Shown one piece after another: positions 13,296-25,722 of a DNA stretch of 64,000 nt. Position 1 is the first letter of the stretch. Each line of letters opens with the position of its first letter. A program made the translations under genes and the position numbers. The DNA comes from Azolla caroliniana (lineage: Eukaryota; Plantae; Polypodiophyta). The notes below the pieces were generated by a model. It was not told the DNA's origin. It did not search any database and saw only the letters and a list, made by a program, of their open reading frames with translations. The stretch is from NCBI GenBank assembly GCA_043228905.1, contig JBHGNT010000011.1:17546001-17610000 (forward strand), in the 5' to 3' direction.

Positions 13296-13423
13296 ACCGG
13301 AGGGAAGTTCGGGCTTTGGGCCCAAATATTGCCATCTTGACCCATAATTGCAGCGGAGCTAAGGTAGTTTCCACCAGAAAGTTCCACCATCAGTTGCCCA
13401 TCTACAAATTCTTGCCATGACAT
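11432..13423 (-). CDS. PRF: Profilin, 3 exons, 132 aa
   Basis: Exons 13298-13423 (MSWQEFVD...WAQSPNFPP), 11758-11895 (...[20 protein letters not shown]) and 11432-11566 ([20 protein letters not shown]...[12 protein letters not shown]). GT-AG introns sit at the canonical plant profilin positions. Total 399 nt. Confidence 0.96.
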
Positions 13424-14157
13424 TGCTTCTTTCGAATCCCCTTTGCTAACCTCTTTGTATAACCTTTTTTTCCTTTTGTTTGTTTAACAGAAGAGAATGT
13501 CTAGGTAAACACATTCTTTTCTTCATCCCCTCCCGCATTTATACCTTTGGAACCCTGTTCAATAAGTTATCAAGCGCTTTTCACTTTATTTAGCTTCTTT
13601 TAAATACTTTTTGTTGTGGTTTATATTTTGGAAAAGAAGTTGCATTTCCATTAGGCCAATGCCCTTACTACAACTTATGCTTGCACGCTCCAAACTTTTC
13701 ATGCACAAAAGTGGAAGTTAGTCGAATTTGTGTATCAACTGACTTGTTGATTTTGTGTATTTTTATCATAGGAGTTTTGTAAGAAAGTGTGCTCTAAGCA
13801 ATCCATCATACACACCATGGTCCGTAGTTGTTAAAAAATGTATATTTATACTTAGAATATATTTTAGATTATTCCAGAGTATTCTACATGGATTCTTTGT
13901 CTATTTCATCTATTCAAAGTATTCGACATACTGTACATATGTAACAAGTATTTAACTTTTCCAAGATGTTTAAACATTTTTTTAAATGTACATATAAAAA
14001 TATTTAAAAAACTTTAAAATTTAAGAAGTATTATACATATTCTACATATTTAAAGTATGTAATGTATTTTATCTATAGAATAAGTATTCTAAATATGTTT
14101 TTTTAAAGGAAGAATACTTAGTATAGGTATTCTACATGTATTGTATGCTAAGGATCC

Positions 14158-14240
14158 TAAAATGCAAGCATAACATTTTAGATTGGGTATTGTAAGCAAT
14201 AATTACAACACCCAATCTAAACTGTTATGCTTGCGTTTTA
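14158..14240. repeat. 83-bp near-perfect inverted repeat (hairpin)
   Basis: Arms TAAAATGCAAGCATAACATTTTAGATTGGGTATTGTAA and TTACAACACCCAATCTAAACTGTTATGCTTGCGTTTTA, with 3 mismatches and a 7-nt loop. Confidence 0.9.
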
Positions 14241-14909
14241 ACATAAGATGGAATCCATCTTGATGCATAATTTGCTATCATTTTACATTCTTAAAGTAAT
14301 CATTCCCTCCTTACACTAATGGATAATTGTAAATGAAGTTTGAGGCCGTTTTTGCTCTATAATCATGCATGTTCATTCAATGTTTTGTATTGAATATTAC
14401 AACCCTACTTTTGTCATCTTTTGTTGCGTTAACTTAACGCTATGCCTCTCTTTGGTCCCTCCATCACTTCCACTCATTCCCATGACTATGCATTCTCTTT
14501 TTTGTTTCGAGTAAACTTTTAGTGTCCATGTATGAATTACATGTAAAAAGCAAACACAAATGCATTATTTTGCATTTGAATATTTAAATTGATCTTTGAG
14601 AATATATTACCCACCAAAGTATAGGTTCTTTACAAGTATATATATGTCCACCAATATGCATTCATGGTCTCAATATATCTGTAATGGATTTTGGTGAGTA
14701 TAAGATGCTTCAACATCTGAAAGGGGTCAATATTTCAAGATAGGGTTTTAGATATCTCCACAGGTTTTTTATAATAACAAATTTCCAGTGAAAGAAAGAA
14801 AAGAGTTGAATTCTGGTACCAAGAAATACACATGGAGCACACATAACTTTTAAATGACAATGTCCACATAATTTAGACGTTTAAGTGACAACAAATTGAA
14901 CAATGCCAT

Positions 14910-15963
14910 TTAAAAGAGATAGATTCCATAATGTTTAAGAGATATGAGCGGTTCAACTCCTCGATTTGATTATCAATGTCATATAAATTCTGTAAATTCT
15001 GCCAAAATCATTTTGAGCAGTTAATTCATCCTCTTGCCTCCTTCGGATTATTTTATGATTTCTTGAATCCATTTGTTGAATGAACCAAGGAACTATTAAA
15101 ACTTATAGCCCCATTCATACATGGTTCGATACTGAACTTGGATTGACAGGACAAGCTTCTGATTCCTTATCAACAGGCTTCCCACAGACAATTTATGCAT
15201 CAATTACCAAACTGCCTGCAAAATAAATACATAGTTGGATATTATGGACTTTGATTGACGCAAAATGCTTTCTATTTCATAGTTGTTATTTCCTCCATTA
15301 GGTACCTTAGGTATTGGGCAATGTGGCACAATTAGAGTTTGAGAAATGGTCACCTCCTCGTCCTAGAGGACTTGCCTTTACATATCAATAGCATTGCAAG
15401 TTGCAACTGACACCTTAGAGGGTTTATCTTGCCAATTGATGGTTAGGATCATAGTAAGGATAGCAAGGTTTATTTGTATAATGAGGTTATAAACATCCTA
15501 AAACCCTAATAATTCCTAACTTTTTTTAAGGGCACCAACAAAACCCTAACAGAAATATGATGAAGAATGCATGAATATCCAAACCTTTTCAATATCTTGA
15601 TTGTAGCTCTCCCAATATCTATGGAATAATGCATTCAATTGTTATGTTAGTATGTTATACATGTTATGTATGATATGCATGTTCTACATCTTATGTATGT
15701 GTGCATGTATTGTGTATCTATTCTTATCGCTAATCATGATGATACCATCTTACGTCCCACTTTGATGTACTATTCATTACAAGATTGGTCCTAACATTAT
15801 ATGTTCACAAGAATGTACTCACATATATGTTCTTTATAGACCAAGTCTTATACTAAATCTACCCTCTTGTATGTAACGTTGATATTATTTTTGTAATTTG
15901 TAAATCTTCTTCTAGATTCGCCTAACAGATTCTATTCTCTTTGGTGTCTAATTTGCTCTCTCT

Positions 15964-16008
<45 letters not shown>

Positions 16009-16310
16009 CACACACCTTACTCTATCCATTCATGTACATATGATTAATTATATGCATTGTTTTTTTACAAAGACAAAATCCTAATGGATACTAGATCATA
16101 TCCTACTCATTCTATCACCATTACACATTGGTTTATAATTATATATGAGTACGTATAGAAGGTATAAATACACCTAATTGTTCTGCATGTACTCCTTGAT
16201 TCGATGTTATTTGTTCACCCCTAGTTTGCTTTTTGTAATTTTGCGTTGTGTTCATTGGCAACTCACTAGAGAACATGCATCAAATTTTACCATTGTAATT
16301 GTAATGTATG
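14910..16310 (-). pseudogene. Deleted duplicate of the annexin locus (fragment of exon 4 and intron 4 plus flanks)
   Basis: 15430-15642 matches 5000-5212. Other colinear blocks match about 4080-4150, 4335-4360, 7790-7940, 8510-8700 and 9185-9400. Confidence 0.8.
15968..16007. repeat. (CA)n microsatellite
   Basis: About 20 CA units. Confidence 0.95.
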
Positions 16311-17699
16311 TTTTTTAAATGGATATTGTAGCCCATGGAGGTCAAGACATGTGAGGATATTTTCAAGAATTTCTCATCACGATGTTATAAAAGCAATTGA
16401 GCTTCAATTGTTGGCAAATGAGCTTTTGGGGTAGCTAACAAATGTTTTCGACTTTGATATTTCAAGATGAATTTAACAAGATGGAACTCCATATGGTTCA
16501 TTCAAAGAAGGAAAGTTACTATAAGATTTAGGAATTTGACAAAGAAAGCAAAGTCATTCTTTGATGATTTTCACATGAAAGAGATTCCACAAAACTTCTA
16601 GAGAACATGATGTCATGTTGATAAATGAACTTATTGACTAGGTGCCAAGGTTGAAGACAAAAAATAATACAAATGTGTAAAAGAAAGAAAGAATGAACAA
16701 GAATCTTTATTTTATATACAAGACCTTGAATACAAGAGCCTTTTCAAATGTGTTATTGAAGACTAACATTGAATTGTAATAGTTTAGCAACATTGGAACA
16801 TCCTTGTATATAATATCCTTAGTTTTGTGCATGTTTACCACTCAACCTTAATGCATGCTTGCCATTTGGTTAGCAAGCATGCTCAGTGTTTGGCTACCAT
16901 ACGGGATGTTATAATAAAGTGAAAAGCCATAATAATTATCACATGAAATATTTCAATGTATATACGAAATGCTACGATTGATAGCATATTGGTTAAAGTC
17001 TAAGGTGTGCAACAAGGAGGTCGTGATGCATCCCCATCACTCAATGATATGTTCCATTAGTTATACTGCACGAATCAAGATAACAATAATGAAATTCCAC
17101 AATGAGAGGTGGAACATCAACAAGATTTTATAAAGGTTCCCAAGTTAAATCAGTAGATGTACAACTTAACGAATCCACAAAGTAATATAGCTTGGATCCA
17201 AAACAAGTACAATTGCATAGTTTGCTTCATCAACAAATTAAACTAGGGTGGGAGAGGAATGGATTGGAATGGAGCTATAATACACAAGACTCCAACTATG
17301 AGACAGAACATTGGGAAAAGATGCATATGTGGAGGGAGATCTATATGGAACACAATGTCATTGAATTTAAGTAGAGATCACTAATGCATCAAGGCATCAA
17401 TAACCAACATGTGTGTAGGTAGGAATGTTGTCACTTAAACGAACAAAACTTACTCGAATATGCCGGTTCTTCGTAATAAGGAGAGGCTGGCCTAGGTTCT
17501 AGTGGAACCCTTGTTGTGATGTGGCGTGGCCAAAGGTAGAAAAAGGGAAAAAGTGAAGGTCCACTCACTATTGGAGGTTGGTCGTCTAGAATAAAGAACA
17601 AGAAGACAGATATCAATGGAGGCTTGACAAGAAAGAGAGATAGATTATATTATTGTCTTCGGAGGTCAAATATGACCTATGAGACAAAAAATATTACAT

Positions 17700-18275
17700 T
17701 TCACGTGATACGTGTGGAAGTAAGCAGTGACTCTCAATGTTCAAGAACTTTACCAATGAATGTTGCAATCGAGAGTGCACATTGTGGTTGTGAGAGGAAT
17801 TCATGCAAGGATTGGGCTCGGTCGAAGAGATGTGGAAAGCATGGTCGAATATGATCAAAGGTAGAGCATTGTATCCAAGTGTTATACTCAGATTCACGAA
17901 CTTGTTTAGGGCAAAGTGTGCATAACCGACCACTCTCATCACTTGTGCCCCCAACGCCCTGTGTCACATCGCAATGCATGTGAGCTAAGTCGCATGGAAG
18001 GAATGGTTCGAATGGTAGATAACGGTATGGGCTCTAACATGTATCGATGTGTACGGTTTCGCCATTCCGCAAAGAATATGGTTTTGTAGTTAGGTGCAAC
18101 ATGTGTAGTATAATGTGTGAAGGATGAGCCTCGACATTTGTCCCATGTCATGATACATTGGCGTTGCAAAAAGGCCTCATTTACAGAGGAATCTAGTGAT
18201 GCATCATGAAGCAAGTGTCTCGCATCCCATCTACCAAACCATTTTTCGATATCTTGCATCCAACTGGAACACAAA
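17700..18275 (-). mobile_element. Non-LTR retrotransposon ORF2 C-terminus (RTEX-like), frameshifted
   Basis: Joining ORFs 17939-18274 and 17734-17979 gives RLSSHALRCDTGRWG/TSDESGRLCTLCPKQVRESEYNTWIQCSTFDHIR. This fits the R-x-S-x-H-x-L-x3-GRW plus CxxC...E-x-E...C zinc-finger tail of RTEX/L2-type LINEs. Confidence 0.7.
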
Positions 18276-18329
18276 ATTTTGCTTTTATGCGTCTTTTGGA
18301 TCTTTTTGCTTGCTTCCCATGCAATTCTA

Positions 18330-18363
<34 letters not shown>

Positions 18364-18369
18364 CACAAA

Positions 18370-18950
18370 ATACTAATTGTATTATAATTCAAAATAGGCA
18401 ATACAACATCATCTTTAAAAATGGGTTACAAAGTTGGTTATATACTAACCAAACTAGGGCAACTACCCTTTATGCTATTTAGAAGAATAACCTAAATTAG
18501 CTTATCCAATGAGGTAATGTGAATACGTCCATTATATTTCACCGTATTCAACACTCCCACGTAATATAACAAAGAGATGATGATATACTATCGGTCTAGA
18601 CTTCTTGTAGTAATTGCACATTCGCATTGGTCCACTATTGGGAAGAACTTCCCCAACAATTTGGTTGATCAGTCGAACTTTGCTTCATGAAAGCATCATT
18701 TGTCGACTCGTGTGTGAATGTTTTTCTCCGAGCGTCTTCGGACATAATAGAACTCGTGATCTCAGAGTATTTAACGGCCAAAGCCGACATATTACACACA
18801 GTCGTGATGAAAGTTTCCCATGATGGGGGGAGATTGTTCGTCAGCATGAGAACTTTTCGCTCGTCATTGATAGTCATGCCTTGTACCAAAATCTAGGAGA
18901 TGATGCTTTTGTAATGTTGAGTGAGAAGCTCAACATGCCCGATCGGTTAA
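18370..18950 (-). mobile_element. Ty1/copia remnant (gag fragment and possible PPT/3' LTR start)
   Basis: ORF 18635-18889 GMTINDERKVLMLTNNLPPSWETFITTVCN resembles the copia gag UBN2 region. The minus strand reads GTGGGAG|TGTTG at about 18553. Confidence 0.65.
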
Positions 18951-18953
18951 AGA

Positions 18954-19810
18954 TGTTGAAAGCCGAATCGGCTAGGAGTCGACAGGCCGTTAGAGGTTTA
19001 TATTCCTATTTTAGTAATAGGAACATAATAGGTCGCTAGTGTCAGATGCTCAATTATGCGGATTAAAGTACTTGTTTGTACTTGTGTCAACCCACTATCA
19101 GGGGATTTTATAAAAAGTGCTTAGTGAGCACATCTTATGTGTAACAGAGTATTATCATTTTGAATTGAGTTTCTTGTTGTCTACTAACTCTATCTCTCTC
19201 TCACTCATTGTGTACTTGCTCTCCAACATCATTCTTTGTGTATTCCTAATCGTCTTCCATTGTCCCGCTTATTCGGTAGTGTCTGTTATCTTTACAAACT
19301 TCCACACACGTAAACATTTAGTACATGGTATTAGAGAGCGAGGGTTGAGAAGATCCTCTGTAGTTGAAAACCATTTCAAACAAACTTTTGACCTCCAGAC
19401 AAGAGTTGACAAGAACATGGACAAAGGAACAAACAAGAGCTGCACAACATCCGATAAACAGATATGTTGATGGCCGATTACACCTCCAAGATAAAGGAGA
19501 TCTGCGACGCACTCGAGCTCATCAACATGATGGTGGATGAGGATGAGATGGTGTGGGTCTGCCTAGGAGGTTTGGCGCATTGAGAAAATATCGTCCTTCT
19601 TCAAGTTGCAATCAATGCTTCTTGCTAAAGAGAACCACGTGGGTGTGTCGACGAGCACGCATGTTGACAACAAGATGTTGTACATGGAGGCAGATCAACC
19701 TCGTGGTCGTTGAGGATGAGGCGGGTCAGTGCACAACAATGCGCATTGAGAAAATATCGTCCTTCTTTAAGTTGCAATCAATGCTTCTTGCTGAAGAGAA
19801 CCACGTGGTC
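18954..19810 (+). mobile_element. Second Ty1/copia remnant: 5' LTR, PBS and gag fragment
   Basis: TGTTG at 18954 to TACA at 19325, followed directly by TGGTATTAGAGAGC (resembling the tRNA-iMet PBS TGGTATCAGAGC). From about 19464 it reads MLMADYTSKIKEICDALELINMMVDEDEMVWVCLGGLA (copia gag). An internal direct repeat of about 68 bp lies at 19575 and 19741. Confidence 0.75.
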
Positions 19811-22033
19811 TTCACATTACATTGCAATAACCATGGAAGATCCCCAACTCAAAACATAGGTATCTCTAACGAGGAGTTGAGGCTATGATAATCTACAACC
19901 AACATGTGTGTAGAATTGAGCTCCATGTAAATAGTGAAGAAAGATAAGGTTAAACCTATTGAAATCAAATTAGACTATCCCCAATACAATATTCCTAAAG
20001 ACTTCTAGATCATCCAACATAGTGTGATGGGGGTGATGGCATGTGTTTGCAAATAATGAAGTGGAATTGATAAAACAATGTAAATATTATTGTAAGCTAT
20101 ATTTATAAAATACAAGAAAGTCAACCCAATTGTCATGTTGATAGTTGATGAAACAACAACATTACTGTTGTATCATCTAATGTCTATGTTGAATTTGGTT
20201 ATCACATTGTGGGTGATAGCTTGACCGGCTTATGAGATATTTTTGAGTAGCTTGGACGAATGTTTCCAAAACTTTGACGTAGATTTTGGCATGGTCATTG
20301 ATAATGTAATCAAGAATATCATAATGCTTTACTCCTTGCATAGTCAAATTTGTTGTTTTCTCAAAGACAATCCTTGACAAAATTGTGAGGCTAATCCCAC
20401 CAATCTTTCCAAGTAACCAAGTCTAGGTTCTTATGGACACTAAAATATCTAGCCATGTATTTCATGGAAGTACTACAAAGTTTGAAAATCAAGGATGTAT
20501 AAAAGACGATTTAGAAATAGAAACCTATCATGCCACTTGAAATATTCATAATATTTAGGAGAGTTCCTAGACCTTGAGCAAGAAACATGTCTAGAACAAT
20601 ATGTCTTATGTCAAAGCATCAATTCAAATATCTATACTAATGAAAACACAATGCTTGAACAATATATGCTTCAAAGACATTATCTACCATTAGTCACAAT
20701 CAATTGAGACTCATGAGGACTTACTTCTTAACGTCAAAGTAGGCTCTCCTAGAAGAGGTGTAAGATATGAGTATTTGATAAATAATTTTTTGAAGAGTTT
20801 TGTACACAAGCTTGTTGTCAAACGTAGATGGATGGTATATCTTAGGATCTTTCAGAAAGTTTTGCAAGTTTTGCACACGAAGCTTGTTGTTACAAAATTA
20901 AAAAATTTGTATTTAGTTGTTGAACCCAGCATGGTAGCTTCTTGTTATTATCGTGACTTCTGGGCACTCACATGTTGCAGGTCTTTGAGCAACCTATGAT
21001 TTTCTTGCTTTAGCGCCACAAATATGGTTGTGCGACAACAAGTTTAAATTCGACATAAGACAACAGAAGTTCCAATTTCAACCACTCTCCTGATTGCCTT
21101 TTGTGAGTTTCTTCCTAGCACAAGTGAATTCTATTGACATGTGATGAAACTGAGGGTATGGCAGGTGCTTGCCACATTCTTTTGTCAGGTAGAAAGATGG
21201 CAAAAACAATTATCACATATAATCGGGACAGAAGATTTTATGCGCGATAATAGTTGTGGGATTGGAGGTCCGATTTCTTGTTTTAAACTAAACAATTTGA
21301 GATTTGAACCTCGGTATCATCCCTCATGCTGTTTGAAGTTTTTACAGAAGACAGGGATTTTGGCAAAGAAGTATTTGGTTTGCAAAGTGATGTAGACATG
21401 GATAAAGCTGAAATCATGTTGAATGATGGTGAATCTGACAGCAATTCTTATGCCTCGGATGACAGGGTGATTTTATTTAAAGGGAAAAAATTCTGAAATC
21501 CCCTCTGAATCTTTCATTATTTTCGGATGAACCCTGAAAAAGAGACGAAGGATCAATTGACCACATAATTGCCCAAACTTCATGATGGTCAGCCAGATAG
21601 GTAGTAGGCCAGCTGTTTCAGCTGCATTGGATTCTAAAGCAATGCTGGAGGCTGCATTGCGGGTTCCTTACATACCTTGTGAGTCCTTTTGCCATTGAGA
21701 CCTAATATTCCTGTGCATATAGTAATCCAATATTTCTGTTGATATTGCTTTTTTGGGTCAAACAACAATGTTCCAACGTTTTGGATATTCACCAATATAC
21801 TCCTAAGCTCTAGAAAATTACTAGAAGATCCCTATGTAGTTGACAATTTTGTACTGCAAAAGGGTATTTTTATAAATTTTGTGAATAACCAAAAATTGGG
21901 GATAGTTTGGTGCTTGTACGTTTTTTCCGTTGTTTGATTTTTATTTATTTATTGTAGTCTTTGTTCTGTTTCAATATATTGAATTATAATGTTGTAGTCT
22001 ACAACAATATAATAGTTGTAAATAAAGTTTTAG

Positions 22034-22062
22034 ATCTTTATCTACAACTTGTAGATAAAGAT
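22034..22062. repeat. Perfect palindrome with 14-bp arms and a 1-nt spacer
   Basis: ATCTTTATCTACAA-C-TTGTAGATAAAGAT. Confidence 0.95.
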
Positions 22063-22859
22063 TCCAGCTCTGTGAGCTATAATAGTTGGTTCATTTGAAT
22101 GATATGGAGTCTATGTCTACTATAACTGCAGTGTCAATGCAGGGCATTTCCCCTGATAAACATTAATTTATCCATCTAGCTTTCCATCTTTCTCAATCTT
22201 CAAGGAAAGACATTTCACTGCATCATTGTAAAAGGATGGATTTACAAGGAAGACTGTAGTCACATAAATGTGCTTATGTGATGGCCATGAAAAAACTATA
22301 AACTCCGATGCACTTTTAAGACCACACATGTATGAAAACATGGTATGTTTTCGAGATGTAGTCAAACAGAAAACATAATAATATTTGCTGATATTGCCCA
22401 CACAACCACCTTAGATGGTCCCAGGATGTCTACCCTCTCCTCCTGTAATATTGAAGAAAGTATACTATGGTGGTTGGTTGTCACGTTTTGCATGCTTTAA
22501 CTATGTTGATCTCAAGGAAGAGCATCAGATATGTTTTATGTAGAAGTTGACAGTCTGTTGGCTGAAGTTCTCTAACAGATAAGGATGAATCAATCAGCGG
22601 AATCCTGAAGGAGGCTTCTCACCCAGCCATAGTAGCTGATGACGAGTCTAAAGTTACTATCCAGATAAAAAAAGATCTGAAGGTTAAAATCCTGAACTCA
22701 AATTTGTATGTTGATACTATCCATATTACTTGATAGTTAGGTTAGGTACTGTGTATTGATGGTACTATCTGTATACCTCGTCTCCTACAGGATCGTCAAG
22801 AACATATTTTGTTTAGAGGTGTTAAATGATGCTTAAATTAGTGATAGATTTTGTGAATT

Positions 22860-23150
22860 AATTACACTAGTAACTAGGATATCATTATATGTTCATATTT
22901 AATTCTCGTAAGGTTAAGCACTGTTAACTAAGATATCTTTGTTGTAGATTTATTCTGTATATGCTAGTTGATATTTCCACTAGTATGGTTACGCACTAGT
23001 AACAAGGATATCTTTATTGTAGATTTATTCTGTATATGTTAGTTGATAGTTCCACTAATAAGGTTAATAATTATGAATTCATGCTACTTGCAAGTAGAAT
23101 ATCCTTCTTGTAGGTTATTCTACTGTATAGTATGTACATGCTACTTGATA
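22860..23150. repeat. Degenerate tandem repeat of about 75 bp
   Basis: GATATCTTT(G/A)TTGTAGATTTATTCTGTATATG(C/T)TAGTTGATA occurs twice, with further degenerate copies. Confidence 0.7.
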
Positions 23151-23708
23151 TTTCAAATTTGTTACAGTTAGAGCTTATGACTTAGTATATCCTCATTGAA
23201 GGTGCCCTTGTTTCCAGAAAGGGGGAGTGGGGTTTTACAGTTTCTTTCACAGCCTGAGAACGCTGACATGATGAAAGGATCAAATAAACCTAGCCTTAAA
23301 TGGGAGAACACCAGCACAACATTAATGGCCTCTCTGATGTCTGGAGGCTAGTTTGATGATGAGAATGAGAGCAGTGACGTTTTTAGCTCACAGTTTGGGA
23401 TTGAACCCCTTTGTGACTTTCTGGGTGCCAACAAACTTGGGTCACTTGCAGAAGCTCCAAGATCAAATCCTCCTGAAACACTAAATGATTATATTATGTA
23501 TCAGGCACATATAGAAGGCGAAAAAAGTCTCTCTGACAGAGGTATTATGCTTAAATCAAATGAACTAGAGTCCAAATTTGAACCTATACCTAGTCCAAAT
23601 GTTGGCACCAGTGAGTCTCATAAGGAGATTCTTTCAGACCTTGACGATGAAAACAAAGAGTGCGACAGAGATTTCTCCAACTCAAGAGATCAAATCTATG
23701 AAAGCTCC

Positions 23709-23854
23709 AACTTTGATATGGCTAACTGCTTGAAGAACATCACAGATGAAGCCAAGAGTTCTGTAATACCAAAATTTGATGAACTTTGATATAGCTAACT
23801 GCTTGAAGAACATCACAGATGAAGCCAAGAGCTCTGTAATACCAAAATTTGATG
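23709..23854 (+). repeat. 73-bp tandem duplication
   Basis: AACTTTGATAT(G/A)GCTAACTGCTTGAAGAACATCACAGATGAAGCC...TTTGATG at 23709 and 23782. Confidence 0.95.
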
Positions 23855-25722
23855 AAATTTCTGAACATGCTATGATAACACCAGCTGAAGATTGTGGTCT
23901 TGTCCAAGATGAGGTGGATCATAAACATAGACAAATCAATTTGTTGGATGTTCAAAATGTGTCTGAGTTCGAGCATCACAAGGGCCTGGGAGATAGTGAT
24001 TTGGATTTCTTAGCATGGGATGCAGTTTATCTGCATGGAGTTGATTAAAAGGAACCCTTCATTTGTTGAAGGTAAATTTTATGGAAAAAAGGGTCTCTAT
24101 ATATCATTTTCAGTAATATAACTGCCATGTAAGTGATAAACTACAGAAAACACACTACAGGGTAATGACCAGAGGGTAAGGGCTAGAAACATCCTCTTGT
24201 GCTTGCAAATCTTCTCTTTCTCAATAGGGTTAGTGGAGGAATGAATGAGCAAGTTTTTTGAAGAATTTCATTGTTGCTCGATGCATATGCCAAGCGGGGA
24301 AAGGACATGGTTAATCAAAAGTTTGGCCCTTGATAGAGAGAAACGTTGTCTGTCTGAGGATGATTTTTGATAATAAAAATATTGCTGTATGAAAGGGTTC
24401 AATGAAAGAAAGCAGATTTGAAAGGATAAAAAATGATTGCATGGCTCCACTCCATGGCATAGATATTTTCCTTACCCAAAAATTGGAAATCTCTATTTTC
24501 CTTTTTATTCTTTTGGGTGTGGTTCACTGATTACCCATGTCATGATCCCCCCTCCCTCTCTCCGCCCCATTGTGTAATGATTTCAATCATTCATTGATTT
24601 GTGCCCAATGAAGATTTAGCATTGACAGAGATGCTAATGGTCAACCTTGATATGCATTTTTATTTGTTTGCAGGTTATGTAAAATTAGAAACATTTATTT
24701 AAGTAAAATAGGTTTTTTTAAGGCAGGTAAGCATTTGCGTCTGAAACTTGAATTAGTGATGAATTCCAACACATTTATTAGAGATTAGTGTGTTTCTTGT
24801 TTGTAGATGACCTGTTAAAAGAAATAGCAGACATGCATGTTTTAACTTTGTGATAATCGAATTTATTTGAAGAAATAACACTGAATACATGTGTATACTA
24901 CGTGACGATATCAAGCCTTTCAGTGATATTACTGTGGGTACCAATCAAACTTAGATTGGCTTACATTTTCTTTTGTACCATACATATTTTTCTTAATTTA
25001 ATAAATGCCATTGAGGTGTATGCAGGGGGGTTGAACACATCACCTTTTGGTCTCCACTAGACACCTAACCTCATATGATTGGGAAGGTCAAAATATAATT
25101 GAGGTTCGTTGGAAAGGGGGTTGAGATGGACATTACATGAAAGTGATTTTGCAAAATAGAATTATCTTGTGAATTGTTCAATGCTAAATATTGCAGGTCA
25201 CTCATCCATTCCAAGAATTATGGTAAGGTCTCTTATTAGAGCAAGTATTGGGGATGTTTGCACTTACAAAAGTGAAATGCAGGAACCTCGTCCTTCATCA
25301 TTTGGGGCTCTCTTTCTCTCAAGATATGACATGGTACTACTTGCAAGTCTTACATTACAAGGAAAACTTCATTTTATGTTAATATAAATATGACCATATA
25401 TCCCCAAACTCGTGTCCAAACTTCCAAACACTCAAAAGTACCACAAGGTTAAATTCACACTAACCCAACAACATTTGTGCAAAAATGCCATGACAATGTA
25501 AGGTACAATAAAAAAATCCCTCATTCTCAGGGTTGCACCATGTGAATTAAACTTGCTTCATTGATTTGGAGTGGATGCATCTTTATACAATCAGACAACC
25601 CATTATAGTAATGAGGAGTTGGACGTGTAAATATCTTATAAACAATATAGGATTTTCAAGATTCCATCAAACACAATGTGTATGGTTAGCTGCATAATAA
25701 AGAGTTCCGTATAACCTAAGTA

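Larger units (their letters stand above)
21345..24072 (+). pseudogene. Decayed multi-exon gene of unknown family
   Basis: Exon-like coding stretches with splice-like ends at about 21345-21466, 21570-21678, 22554-22682 and 23202-24071. The last reads VPLFPERGSGVLQFLSQPENAD..., has an in-frame TAG near 23349, and is frameshifted by a 73-bp duplication. Confidence 0.5.

Noticed and set aside
19900-20800. Possible hAT transposase relic (IVDETT-like stretch)
   Set aside because: Too degraded to support without a search.
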